Positions 1 through 10,960 of a stretch of 32,018 nt of DNA are shown here, piece by piece; position 1 is the stretch's first letter; every line of letters starts with the position of its first letter. This stretch comes from Octopus bimaculoides (Eukaryota), in the NCBI RefSeq assembly GCF_001194135.2, contig NC_068994.1:28690100-28722117 (forward strand). Reading direction: 5' to 3'. Below the pieces are notes generated by a model. The model made no database searches. It was not told the origin of the DNA and saw nothing but the letters and a program-made list of their open reading frames with translations. Made by a program: the position numbers and the translations under genes.

Positions 1-28
1 TATATATATATATATATATATATATATA
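1..28. repeat. (TA)n microsatellite
   Basis: Pure TA run at the window start. Confidence 0.97.
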
Positions 29-126
29 CGTTTATATATTCGTTTTGCAAGATTCTTGATGTGAAATCGTGTGTTGAAACAGATCTCATCATCATCTTCA
101 TCGTTTAACATCTGTCTTCCATAAAT

Positions 127-410
127 ACATGGGTAGGATGGTTGACAGGAGCCAGCCAGATAGAAGACTGCCCCAGGCTACTGTGTCTGTTTTAGCAGGG
201 TTTTTATGGCTAGATGCCCTTCCTAATACCAACCACTCTGCAGAGTGGACTTGGTGCTTTTAATGTGGCACTAGCATAGGCAAGGTCAGTTTTGGCATGA
301 TTTTTACAGCTGGATGCCCTTCTAAATGCCAACCACTTTACACTATGGACTGAATGCGTTTTATGTGGTACCAGCACTGGCAGGGTCACCAAGTAACTCA
401 TGAGACAAAG
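127..410 (-). mobile_element. SINE-like or RTE-derived interspersed repeat with an internal 100-bp-period duplication
   Basis: Two diverged copies of TTTTTAyrGCTrGATGCCCTTCyWAATrCCAACCAC start at 201 and 301. The motif resembles an abundant octopus repeat I recall; family and strand are inferred. Confidence 0.5.
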
Positions 411-919
411 AATTTTGAGAGGGCAGGGACATTTGAGGAGGGGAACTCGTGTCAGAGGATGAAAGGTTAGAGAGACTTTTCATTGCTAATAAAACTTATG
501 TAATCACCTATCGAAATATTTTATGAACTAATACATTTGAATTTATCTTGATTTAAATTTGTAGTGCTTCCTGTTCAAAAAATACTTTCTTTCTATATGA
601 AATAACTTATAATATCATTAGTTTGAATGATGATTGCCCCTTTTTGTTCAAACTGCTCCTAGTATTCTTGTTTTTAAGTGCTTTATTCATTGACAGAGCA
701 TTTTCATTACCAGAGACCTATTTCTGCCAACCTGATTCTGCATGGCACTTTCTATTCCTAATTGAAACTATTTCACACTGCTTAATATTAATTGCTAACA
801 TAGGTTCAAAGCCTTGAAATATAGGAGATGGGTATACCTGATTAGACTAAATACCATACTTTCCTTAATATTGGCATATGGCTTGACAGTTTTGGAGAAG
901 TGTAGAGTTATTTATAGCA

Positions 920-1078
920 ACCTCAGGATTTGACTGGTACTTTATTTCATCAACCTCTAGACTGATGAAAGTCAAAGATGATCTCAGCAGGATTTGAACT
1001 CAGAGTGTAAAGGTATGAAACTAAGTGCAGCAAGGCATTTTGACCATCACTCTACCAACTCAGCCAATCCACTCTCCT
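920..1078 (-). mobile_element. tRNA-derived SINE (diverged copy)
   Basis: Reverse complement (TGGCTGAGTTGG...TCTGAGTTCAAATCC...AAAGTACCAG) aligns by eye to the full SINE at 23755-23972, including A- and B-box-like motifs. Confidence 0.8.
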
Positions 1079-1210
1079 CATCACTTAATATTGGTAATTC
1101 TTTGCTTAATACTTAAATACCCCACTTTATATTTCCTTTCCTTGCATATAACCAAAAGAAAGTTTTGTTCTTTTATCTGAAGATACTGACAGATGAAATA
1201 AATATCATAC

Positions 1211-1286
1211 CATGAAGAAAGGTCACAAACTTCATCTTGAGATCTAATCTCCAACTCTGATTCATCCATCTTTTAAATTCTTGGAT
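1211..1286 (-). CDS. Candidate internal coding exon of an unidentified host gene (IQEFKRWMNQSWRLDLKMKFVTFLH)
   Basis: Strong acceptor cttcccttttcaattttcag|, 76-bp open frame, donor CATG|gtatga; lies outside recognisable TE sequence. No homology recognised. Confidence 0.4.
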
Positions 1287-1414
1287 CTGAAAATTGAAAA
1301 AGGGAAGTTAATTTGAGTTAATTTGAGTTGACAAATCAGAATGTCCTGCAAGAAAAAGAGAAAACAAATCAATTATTTCTCAGTCTCTGGAGCTTTACTG
1401 ATTGGATGGTAGAC

Positions 1415-1650
1415 ACTTGTTTAGCCCAAGATCAGTTCTTGGTTGAGTATAACTGATCAAAGCCTTCCAACTATGATATTTTTTCAGTGTACTTAAGTAT
1501 TTTTACTAACAGTGTACTTATGTATTTTTACTAACAGTATACTTTATCTGATGTGCCCTTCTCTATTTTGAGACAGTAGGGTGTGCTTTGAGAGATATTT
1601 GGTGCTTTTCTAGCAGGTTTAGTGATCCTATGCAAGATCCCTTGCTGCCT
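1415..1650 (-). mobile_element. SINE-like interspersed repeat (same family as 16945-17265)
   Basis: Reverse complement (CCTGCTAGAAAAGCACCAAAT...CTGATCTTGGGCTAAACAA) matches the plus-strand copy at about 16950-17260. Confidence 0.6.
1485..1546. repeat. 25-bp tandem repeat, about 2.5 copies
   Basis: CAGTGTACTTAwGTATTTTTACTAA at 1485 and 1510, partial third copy at 1535. Confidence 0.9.
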
Positions 1651-2405
1651 AGTGGGTAACAGGGATACTATTTAGAGACTTTGCCTTCAGGGAAGTTTTT
1701 ATTTAGATCAAGTGGTGCATGAATAATTGTGTTGCCTTTAAGTATCAGATTTAAGAGTTGAACACAGCACTACAAAATAACAATTGTGGTTTAGTTTTAC
1801 ATTGCCCCATTGTTTACAGCAGTGAACAGTCCTACCTATGGTGCCGATTTACAGTTAGACTGGATTATTTATGAATTCAGTATCTTAGCCAGAGATACTG
1901 TGCATTGCTAGGAATAGGATATGTGCCATTAATCCTTTAGTCAACAAATTGATATTGTATTGTGATTCTTGTGATATGAGGTTGATGGGTAATAGATGTC
2001 TTGCAAACAACTCATACATGCAAGTGTTACCAGTCGAGAACTCTGCATACCGGAAGCCAGCAAGTGTATGGGGTCATCAGGAGAGAATGCGTGCCGTTTC
2101 GGGGCCTATCTCATGACGGCATCAATGCGCACCGGCTCCCCTCACTGATGTGAAGCCCCACTTGCTAGATCAACTGGTTATTAAATAAAGCTCAATATTT
2201 CTCTAACCATTGCTTATTGTCTCTTTTTAACCAAATCCAGTGGCTAGCCTTCTCCACTGTAGTTTGGATATCGATCATGGTGGTAGTTACCTTATGATGA
2301 GTTAGGCCTAACGATAACAACAGTCGTCTCACACTGTGTCCAACAAACCCTCTACATCCAACTTCGATTGGAAAATGCTCTACTTTCCATTCTGTGTCTT
2401 CACAA

Positions 2406-2526
2406 CTTTGCCTTTCATCCTTTTGGGGTCGATAAATTAAGTACCAGTTGCGTACTGGGGTTGAAATGATTGACTGGCTCCCTCCCCCACAATTACGAGC
2501 CTTGTGCCTAGAGTAGAAAAGAATAT
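2406..2526 (+). mobile_element. 5'-truncated tRNA-derived SINE
   Basis: GCCTTTCATCCTTTTGGGGTCGATAAATTAAGTACC...CCTTGTGCCTAGAGTAGAAAAGAATAT matches the 3' half of the SINE at 23755-23972. Confidence 0.85.
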
Positions 2527-2529
2527 CTT

Positions 2530-3060
2530 CATGAGTTTCATTGCAATTTCAGCTTGTCCATTTGATTGTGGAAATCATTGATTGGATGTGATACGGTGAA
2601 AGTCCCACATTTTAGCAAAATTTTTCAATTCTTCAAAAGATAATTGCAAAGCATTGTCTGAAATTAGAATTTCTGTTATTCTTTCTATGACAAAGACAGA
2701 TTTCAACTTGTTTATAATTGTAAAACTGGTTTATTACTCAACTGTATTATCTCAACAATAATTAAATAACCATCACCACTAGTTCAGACCAAATCAACAC
2801 CAACCTTTAACCATTGACATTGAGGCAGTAACAGTTCTTTAAGACTGTTCTGAATTTGACACATATGATACGCTTTTCAACTGTTTTCTAATGAATACCT
2901 GAGAGGTCAAGACTGTACATCTCTGGCTTTGGTGTTCCTGGTGAAACTTTCACTTCTGAATGATTTGGGGATGATTATGCTGTCACTTGAAAGGCAGTTG
3001 GTTGTGATATACAATTTCATCACAGAACTCCCAAAATGGTTTCACTGATGGCAGTTCCAG
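2530..3060 (-). mobile_element. Degraded Ty3/Gypsy pol: integrase H2C2 zinc finger and core
   Basis: Manual translation with stops and frameshifts: PFWEFCDEI..., IIIPKSFRSE, KARDV, WLKVGVDL, EILISDNALQLSFEELKNFAKMWDFHRITS..FPQSNGQAE. These are standard Gypsy integrase motifs. May extend weakly to about 3700. Confidence 0.85.
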
Positions 3061-4258
3061 AAGGGTAAGGAGGTAACTAATAGTGCAGAGAAAAGAGAGG
3101 ATGTAATATGTGCCAATTCTACTCTCAAGTGATTACAGTAGCCAAGTAATGCCACAGACAAAGGAGTGATGAGTGTTAAGGAAAGGGGAGTTGGGGCATG
3201 AGATGTAGGGAATGTATGATGGAGCAGAATGGGTGTAGGCGCAGGGCCCAGCATGTACAAGCATAAACAAAATATTTTTAAGGCCTCATCTTGTTGTGAT
3301 GGATGGATCTTCTTGAACACAGCAAATTGCCAATCATTTTCATCCTTTGTCAGCTCCCCTGTGAGGCTCAATATCTTGAAAGCAGCCTTCACTACTCTGG
3401 TTTCTCTTCACCCCAAGCAGATAAATCTTTTACCTTTAACTGCTTCATCCAATGTCAACAAATCATTTTCTAACAGCAAAATGATTTTACTTATGGTATT
3501 TTGAACATATTTTCACATAGGCAGGGCATTATTTAAGTGAATGAATTCGATCATAATTTACTACATGAATAGATACAATCCTTTGTGGGCTTTTCTTTGA
3601 TCTTTGGAGGAGGTGCTTTTAAACTGTCTTGATTTGTTTTTTCTTGTTTGCTGGTGTTTGTGTCATGGCTAAGATTGAAGAGCCTTCAATGATCCATTTT
3701 ATCTGTGTAGCACTTTCTGCATCCTGAAGCAGTAGTACTAAAATATATTTGTTCTGTATTCCAAATAGAATCCTATCTCTGAATAAATTGTCCTGTAAAT
3801 TTCAAAATTCATAGTCATCAGGTTTCAGCTTAATATCAGTTAGAAATGAGTCAAATTTCTTTGATAGTAACTGGTTTCTACTAAAAAAGTTGATAGTGGA
3901 CATATGTGATTTTTTTTTTTTTTAGGGTGACAGTACTCTCAGAACTTTGTTTAATAGTTATAATTTTATCGTTATCATTTGGGTTAAGTTGCAACTTGCA
4001 CTTTTCTGTCTTTTTCCATTACTCTTGTACTAACCGAATAAAGCAAAAGTCATTATTGTTTCCAGACCTGCAAATCTCAAGTTTAGACTGATTGTATCCT
4101 AAAATGTGACCAGGGCACTTCACTTTCAAATGGCTTGCACATGCAGTTTATGTGCATATAAAGGCAGTTCAATAAAATAAATAAAATTAAAGGAGAGACT
4201 ATAAATACTCATCTTTGTTAAAAGGTATATATTAGTGACAGTATTAATACTGAGAGGT

Positions 4259-4656
4259 AATATTTATCTCCACATAAACATGGATGTTCTGTTAGAACAA
4301 ACTATACTGTAGTAGTTACCATGATGAGAAACTCTTGTATTGGTTTTTTTTGATGCACAATGCACACTTGTTTATGTTGCGAGCAGGGAGACAAATCCCT
4401 GCCACCTTCAGATCAAGTGATTTCAACCTTGTTTAGTTTTGTCAATGATAAACACTCAACCGCTAGAAGTAGCAGTGAATCATCTCCCTGCCAGCAATAT
4501 ATAGATTGACAATGCCAGAACTGACGCTGGTGTAACAATTAGCAACAAAGGCAGTATTAATACCAAGTGCATTTTGTATAAAAATAAAACAATATGAGAG
4601 TTTCTCTCATGGTAACTACTGCAGAATAGTTTGTTCTAATAGTGGGGATAAATATT
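4259..4656. mobile_element. MITE-like element with long imperfect terminal inverted repeats
   Basis: 4291-4342 vs 4590-4640 are inverted (5 mismatches, 1 gap); 4259-4273 vs 4642-4656 are inverted (14/15). Interior is non-coding. Confidence 0.75.
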
Positions 4657-4954
4657 ATCACACATCTTTGAGTCTGTATCTTTCTTCTGAGGTGAGAGGT
4701 TACTTATTATGACACCGTGTTATGTTGCATTATAATGACATAGATAACTAGATAAAAGGGGACTTTACTCATAGCTTATTAATCAGGTGGACATGGCTGG
4801 AAAACTGACTCAAACTGAATATTTTATTAAGATGATGGGTTAAATAAATAACAAGTAATTTTATAATTGAAGGGAAGTAACTCAAAACACTACAAATATG
4901 GTCTATGGCTGAGGTCAGACCAAATAATACTTGACCCCCTACCATTTCAGATAC

Positions 4955-5077
4955 CTTACTGATCCAACAAGGATTTACACTGCTGTTTTTGTTGTTTAGA
5001 GTCATGTCAACATTTGGCAGATTAAAGGAATTCCAGCCATGACCATCTTGTCCTTCTCTGTCATTGTGTATCAAAAG
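4955..5077 (-). CDS. Candidate coding exon (LLIHNDREGQDGHGWNSF...VNPCWISK)
   Basis: 123-bp open frame inside ORF 4769-5074; donor AAG|gtatct; acceptor gatttag| is weak; phase 0 at both ends. Confidence 0.25.
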
Positions 5078-5509
5078 CTAAATCATCCAATTCCTGTTTT
5101 AAGGGTGATTTGACTGCTATTTTTAGTGGGTTGCATTATGGTAGTAATGTGGCTAGTTGTGGTGAGAGTAAGTTAATAACACCGTATATTTAGTTCCTTA
5201 TTTTAATTTGTCTAAAACGGATGGAAGATGTCCCAAGCCCTCTTAGTGTGCACAGACTACAAGACAGAGATAATAGTGAAGGAAACTAGCATAGTTAACG
5301 TTTACTGTGAATCATTTCATTTGTTAGAGAAAATACATAGGAAGTGAAGAGGAAGAGGAAGTTTAAGAAGAAATGAGACATTTTTCAGGAAAAGGGGACA
5401 CCTCATTCCTTTGACATACTTTTATACATCCTGTTATCTCAATAAAGAGATCTCTACTGGTTCCCATCAATGGAGTATTCCAATTTTTTTCATTAACTTG
5501 GCTACTCAC

Positions 5510-5590
5510 TGAATTATATTGAGTATTCCACAAGACTCTTGTATCCTTAATGTAATTCTCAGGCAATATCAGCATGGCACAAAGCTGATC
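5510..5590 (-). CDS. Candidate coding exon (DQLCAMLILPENYIKDTRVLWNTQYNS)
   Basis: 81-bp open frame inside ORF 5363-5614; consensus donor |gtgagt; acceptor cacag| has a poor pyrimidine tract. Confidence 0.2.
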
Positions 5591-6734
5591 CTGTGACTTA
5601 CAAGTACAGTCCATCTAATTTTATGAGATTCATGCAGTTTCTCTCGATCCATTTTAACTTACAGAGTGACATTACTGACTAGTTTAAGAACTGCTACATA
5701 TATTTGCAAGTGTATATATACAACTGAGTATAGAGAATTGAACAGCTTCTGTACTATATTCTCAATCTTAATCCTACCAATGGGTTGATCTTAGAACAAT
5801 GGGTTTTTGGCTAGCCTCGAGCTTAATCTAAATCATATAACAACAAAGGACAGATATCTATGTGGGTATTGTTTAACTCAAGGTCAGTCTCAATAGAGCA
5901 GATTTTTCAAAGTTGTTCATTCATAATTAGCCCATCCCATCTCTTTTTCTCAGAATCTGGATATGTATCACCGATGTCTCTTTTAATTTTTTGGTGTGTA
6001 TTTGTGCACAAATTTGCCTGTATGTAATTATTTTTCGTTTGTAAGGGATGTATGCATTCATGCTAGCAATCTTCAAAATAATTCAGTTTCATCACAAAAA
6101 CCTTGTGTGCACACATCTTTTCCTTTGTGCACATGCTGTAAAACATGTACACATGCATAGCTTACAGGGTACATCCCCTAGCACCTTCTAAGACAGTAAT
6201 GGTTTGAAGTGAGGATGATTTTATCTACTCTTAGCAGACCAGGATACCACAAAGAAACTCCTTCACTAAAAGAGGTTGCTCCATGTAATGGACATCGAGT
6301 CCAAATACTCCTAAACCATGCACAACCATCAAACACATAAGAACAATTTCAATAGTGTAGTACTAGATACACAAGGCTGAATGATAAATGGGATGTCATA
6401 ATTGGGGCTCTTTTGATCATAGGTCTGCCTGAATAGGAATTATACAGCAACAACCAAACCACCTTCTAAAACGATGTTGAAAGGTAAGTTAGCAAAGGTA
6501 TTAATTATATCTCTAGTACATAATCTATGTTCAAATGCACTGCAGTAACTATTTTGTTTTGTCTGTGCAGAGAATGCCTAATTCTACGTAAAACTGTTAT
6601 GCCAGATGTGGGAATGTTAACCTGCATAAGACTGGCATCCAATGCATGAAAGGGGAATATTTATCTTAAATTTACTTAAAACAACTGAATTTGTGACTAA
6701 GTGCTGGCCCTCTGGTCAACATATATATGTATGT

Positions 6735-8885
6735 TTTCTTTCTCTTTCCAATTTCGAATAAATTTTGATCGGCCACCTACTTAGGTAGCAAGGTTGTGAA
6801 TGAAAGCATCTTGCTTTAACCGTCATCCTTTAAACTGTAAGATCTTGTAGATTTTTATAGTTCCTGATAATGTAATCATTTGTAGTGTATGAATTATGGA
6901 TTTGCATTCTCTCCTCAAGATCCCAAGTTCAGCCATGCTTTGCTCAAGATGGGTTGGCATGTATCCCATTGCTCCAACAATAATAGGTATGAAGCTGAAA
7001 GTGTATCGTAGGTACTGGATTTGCAAACCCCTTATCACTGGCCCATAAATGTCCTCTTTGTCTTGTATTTTTTTAACCACATTGGTGTCCAGAGAGCAGT
7101 TGATTTTCACAACAGAACATATCCTTTCTTTGTGGCCTCATACAACAATATCTGGTTGGTTATGCTTTAACTTGATGGCTGTTTTGATTTTTAAGTTTCA
7201 TGGTCTCAATATGGTCAACTTTTTCTTCTGGTTTTATCCTGTTCCAGACTCTTCTGGCCACCACATCAGACCTCATGGGAAGATAATGTGTGGAAGACAT
7301 TCTCTCGCAGTTGGCAATAATGTGGTTGATGTCTTCAGTCTTGGTCTAGCACAGCCTACATTTGTTGTCTGTCAATGTTTTCTGGCCTTTATGCTGTAGG
7401 TACTTTGTGGGGATCTCTTGTTCTTGAATTGCATAGTGGTAGCCTTTGAAGTTGGATATCATAAACTTGTTGGTGCTCCATATCAAGGTTTTGACATGAT
7501 CAATCCCTTTTATTGTTTGTGTTTTATGACCAAGTGCCCATGTAATATCTTCTCAGTGAACTGGTTCATTTTTGTTATTTCATTCTGATAAATAGATTTT
7601 ACTTAATGCTTCTTGAGGAGAGATCTGTATCAGCTCTTATTCCATACCTCTCAAGTTCATTAATTATCCTAATTATGCTGTTGTTTTCATAGTCACAAAC
7701 TGGGCAAGATAGTTACTAGTCTCTTTCCTCTGCTGCAGATATTGTTTCAGTATCAGATGTGCTTAATATGACATCAATAGAGATTTAAGATCATGGCCAC
7801 CATTGTTGCATGGCAAGTATAGCCAGTCTACATCTCCACTGATGCTGAAGTTTCCTGTAACACTGAGCAGCTTGCAAGTTTGAACATCAATCTCATTGAG
7901 TTCTTGTAGTGACCAGTTCAGAAGCCAAATGTAGGCATGAGGACAGGCACTGCAAAGGTGTTGTGGGCAATACATTTGTTGTAAACTAAGAGTTCTGACA
8001 ACCATGTTCTCTTTACTCTCATGAGGTATTCATTCCTGGTCTTCTCCTTATTTATGGGTCCATCATATCTAACATTCTCATCTTGTCCAAGATACCTACA
8101 GTTGTCACCTGACTATAGAAGTTGTATTATCAAGCCATTCATCTTTAAGTTTTCAGAGGGCACAACTTTTCCACATTTATAATCAAAACTGCACATTCGG
8201 ACTTAACAAATTCCATTCCAATGTCTGTGGAAAATTGGGTTATAAGATCCAACTGTTTTTTAAGTGGTTGGTATTTGGCCCCTACAGCTTCAGGTTGTCA
8301 ACAAAAAGATGGAAGATACTTCTGGATCCATTTCTATGATTACTGTTTTGTGATCAGGTTTAATGAGAGGACAAAGAACAACACCTAAAATATAACCTTT
8401 TTAGCAGCAAATGCTATCCAACTCAATCTGCTCCTTATCACTCCTAAGGAGCAAAGTGGTACACCAAGTTTTGGTCAGGTGTTCAAGAGCATTCACTAGT
8501 GGTTGTGGCACTTTGGCTAACTGTAAAGTCTTGGTAATCGACCCAGTAGTCCATCTAGAAAAGCCTTTTGGTAGTCCATACTACAGTTTAATTTCTACGG
8601 CTCTTTAGTGCTTTTTCCTGGATCAGTTTGTTAATTAGCAGCTGTTGTATACAGCTCCACATTTTCTTTCCTCCAACTTGTTCAAGGGTTATATTATTGA
8701 TGGTAACACAAGGTCTGGCAAGAAAGATTGAGACAACCAGTGTATAATTTGAACATGATGTTCTGGCAGGCTATTGGGCGGTAATTTTTAGCAAGGGTAG
8801 TTTGGCTCTTTGGGGGAATAAGGAGTTTCAGTTGATAATCATTGGGGCTGTTCTTGTGTGCCCTTGATACTTTATCCATACAATT
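6735..8885 (-). mobile_element. Degraded, 5'-truncated R4/Dong-type LINE (RT, CCHC finger, restriction-like endonuclease)
   Basis: KNYRPIACQNIMFKLYTG (ORF 8694-8975); FVDNLKL...LDLITQFSTDIGMEF (RT active site decayed from DD); EDINHIIANC...LPMRSDVVA; PDIVV...KINCSLDTNVVKKIQDKEDIYG...IPIIVGAMG (ORF 6823-7110). Confidence 0.9.
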
Positions 8886-8889
8886 GTAA

Positions 8890-8970
8890 GTATGTATGTA
8901 TGTATGTATGTATGTATGTATGTATATATGCATGCATGTACGTGTGTATATATATATGTATACACATACT
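8890..8970. repeat. (GTAT)n and compound microsatellite
   Basis: About 9 GTAT units followed by mixed TA/CATG/TG repeats. Confidence 0.95.
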
Positions 8971-9029
8971 GTCATGTCTTAGTTAACAAGAAGTGCTTTC
9001 CTATTTTAAATATACATTTGAGCCCAACT

Positions 9030-9085
9030 TTTAAAAATATATTTCGACTTTTTTAATTCCGATTTCAAAAGCCATCATCACTACA
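9030..9085 (-). ncRNA. Degenerate hammerhead-like motif (probably inactive)
   Basis: gTGATGA-t-GGCTTTT...AAAAGTC-GAAA-tatat on the minus strand; C3 is mutated and the cleavage triplet is lost. Confidence 0.3.
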
Positions 9086-9589
9086 ATTAAAACAAGCACA
9101 ACAGCCAGTGACGCCATATCTCATATACACAGAAACCTATCTTTTATCTTCCATTATATTCACATCTACCCGATTCTTCCGCTCCCTTCTCTACCCCTCT
9201 CTTGATATCGCAATATCGATTTTATCGAAGCTATTATGCTATATATATATTTATATATAACTTGTTCTTTTATAATTAGTGATAATAAAATTATTAATTA
9301 ATAATTAATTAAATAAAATATAGCTGAAAGTGAAGAGTGAAAATAGAGCGAACGGTGTTGCTCTTTCAACAATCTCGGTTAATAAAATGTCCGTCACCGA
9401 CCCTTATGCCAACAACCAAACGATTTTAGCTCATTTATTTATGTTTGACACCTTTCAAAACGCATCTACGACTGTATATAATTGTGATATATAATAACTA
9501 ATGTCAATGTGATATATAATAAATAATGTTAATACACAATCAATCTTCGTTGAAAAAAATGGAAAGTATTCAGTGATATATTGAATACA

Positions 9590-9591
<2 letters not shown>

Positions 9592-9627
<36 letters not shown>

Positions 9628-10036
9628 TGAATGTAAAACTAGTGTACCGCCCAGCAAATGTAATTATGCACGTATGTATTTAAAAGAAAACAGAAAGAAC
9701 ATATGGAAAATATTACATGTCATGTATTACAATAAATACGCGAAATATTATATTTCATATAAAATATGAGGTGCGAGTTTATATATTCAATTCGTACAAC
9801 AAATAATGTTCACATTAATGTCAGCGTTTAACTGCACACGCTATACACATGCGAACAATCTTAAATTGTTCACCTAACAGTCGCGTGTGTGTATGTATGT
9901 GTGTGTGTGAGTATGTGTGTATGCATATATGTATATACATGGTGTGTGTATATGTATGGATGTATATATGTGTGTATATGTATGTATATATATGTGTATA
10001 TGTATGTATGCGTATGTTTGTATGTATGTGCATATA

Positions 10037-10071
<35 letters not shown>

Positions 10072-10090
10072 ACACACACACACACATACA
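9592..10090. repeat. (TA)n and compound TG/TA/TATG/CA microsatellites
   Basis: TA run 9592-9626; compound array about 9884-10090. The overlapping Y/I/H/T/V/C-rich ORFs are repeat artefacts. Confidence 0.95.
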
Positions 10091-10429
10091 TGGAGGCGAT
10101 CTTATAATTTACCGGAGAGAAGTAGACAGCCAACCAACTCATAGACAAATAGCTTGAGCAACATCAACTATGTTTCTTAATGGCCAATTAAAATACAAAC
10201 GTACATTAAAAATAGGGGACGGAGGAAAAGTACAATAATAATAGCATTCACTCCAGCCATAAAATAGAACCATTTACCGTTATGGTTCTTTGCCAAACTC
10301 GACCCATCATTAACTCTAGCAAACAACCATTACGCTCACAAATGCAATTATCCTTTTTCGCACCATCTTCTTTACGCCCAATAACGCCACATAATATTAC
10401 GAAAGCCCGTGTCTTGTGCACTAACAACA

Positions 10430-10520
10430 AATGCAGCAGTAACAATAACAACTAGTGCAGCAGCAGCAGCAGCAGTAACAACAACAACAACAACAACAGC
10501 GGTAACAACAACAACAGCAC
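10430..10520 (+). repeat. Interrupted (CAG)n/(CAA)n triplet repeat
   Basis: Mixed CAG, CAA and TAA triplets. Confidence 0.9.
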
Positions 10521-10636
10521 CTGTAAACAGTGTTTCCGTCGGCAGGAGAGAAACGGGGGTGGGCTTTTCCTGTGTTACGTGCATGTGTAACTACTATTGA
10601 TCCACATTTTTAAGTTCACATATACATACATGTATT

Positions 10637-10683
10637 CAAAGAGTGAGTGAGAGATAGACATGCCATCAGAGCAAGATAGGTTG

Positions 10684-10724
<41 letters not shown>

Positions 10725-10809
10725 CATATATACATACATACACATATACACTTACATATATATACACATACATATATATATATATATATACACACATACA
10801 TATGCATAC

Positions 10810-10840
<31 letters not shown>

Positions 10841-10890
10841 AAGTTACCTACCTTGCCCTGATGGCATATCTTCTCTCTAAGTCATTCTTT
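10637..10890. mobile_element. Inverted-repeat (MITE-like) element enclosing a TA/TACA microsatellite
   Basis: 10656-10681 and 10846-10871 are inverted at 23/26, with weaker pairing out to 10637 and 10890. The interior 10686-10841 is simple repeat only. Confidence 0.6.
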
Positions 10891-10914
10891 CTCTATTTCT
10901 TGACATCTCTTTAG

Positions 10915-10960
10915 AGATAGATAGAAAGATAGATAGATAGATAGGGAGGTAGGTAGGTAG
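10915..10960. repeat. (AGAT)n/(AGGT)n tetranucleotide repeats
   Basis: Direct reading. Confidence 0.9.

Noticed and set aside
181-330. Possible HDV-like ribozyme in the RTE/SINE-type repeat
   Set aside because: Could not build the nested double pseudoknot by eye; only simple hairpins.
2040-2200. CTGATGA and GAAAC on the minus strand (possible hammerhead); also LTR-like character
   Set aside because: No stem II pairing is possible in any topology I tried, and no TG...CA ends or TSD were found.
5660-5940. Faint RT-like peptide fragments on the minus strand
   Set aside because: Too degenerate to distinguish from chance without an HMM search.
6410-6490. Plus-strand AG...|gtaagt exon-like segment
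   Set aside because: Lies in a fragment of the SINE-like repeat family also seen at about 1415 and 17060.
10372-10600. PolyQ, polyT or polyA/V protein from the CAG/CAA tract
   Set aside because: The Gln frame has several TAA stops; other frames are low-complexity with no clear gene context.
9581-10914. Many 60-100 aa ORFs rich in Y/I/H/T/V/C
   Set aside because: Translations of dinucleotide and tetranucleotide repeats.
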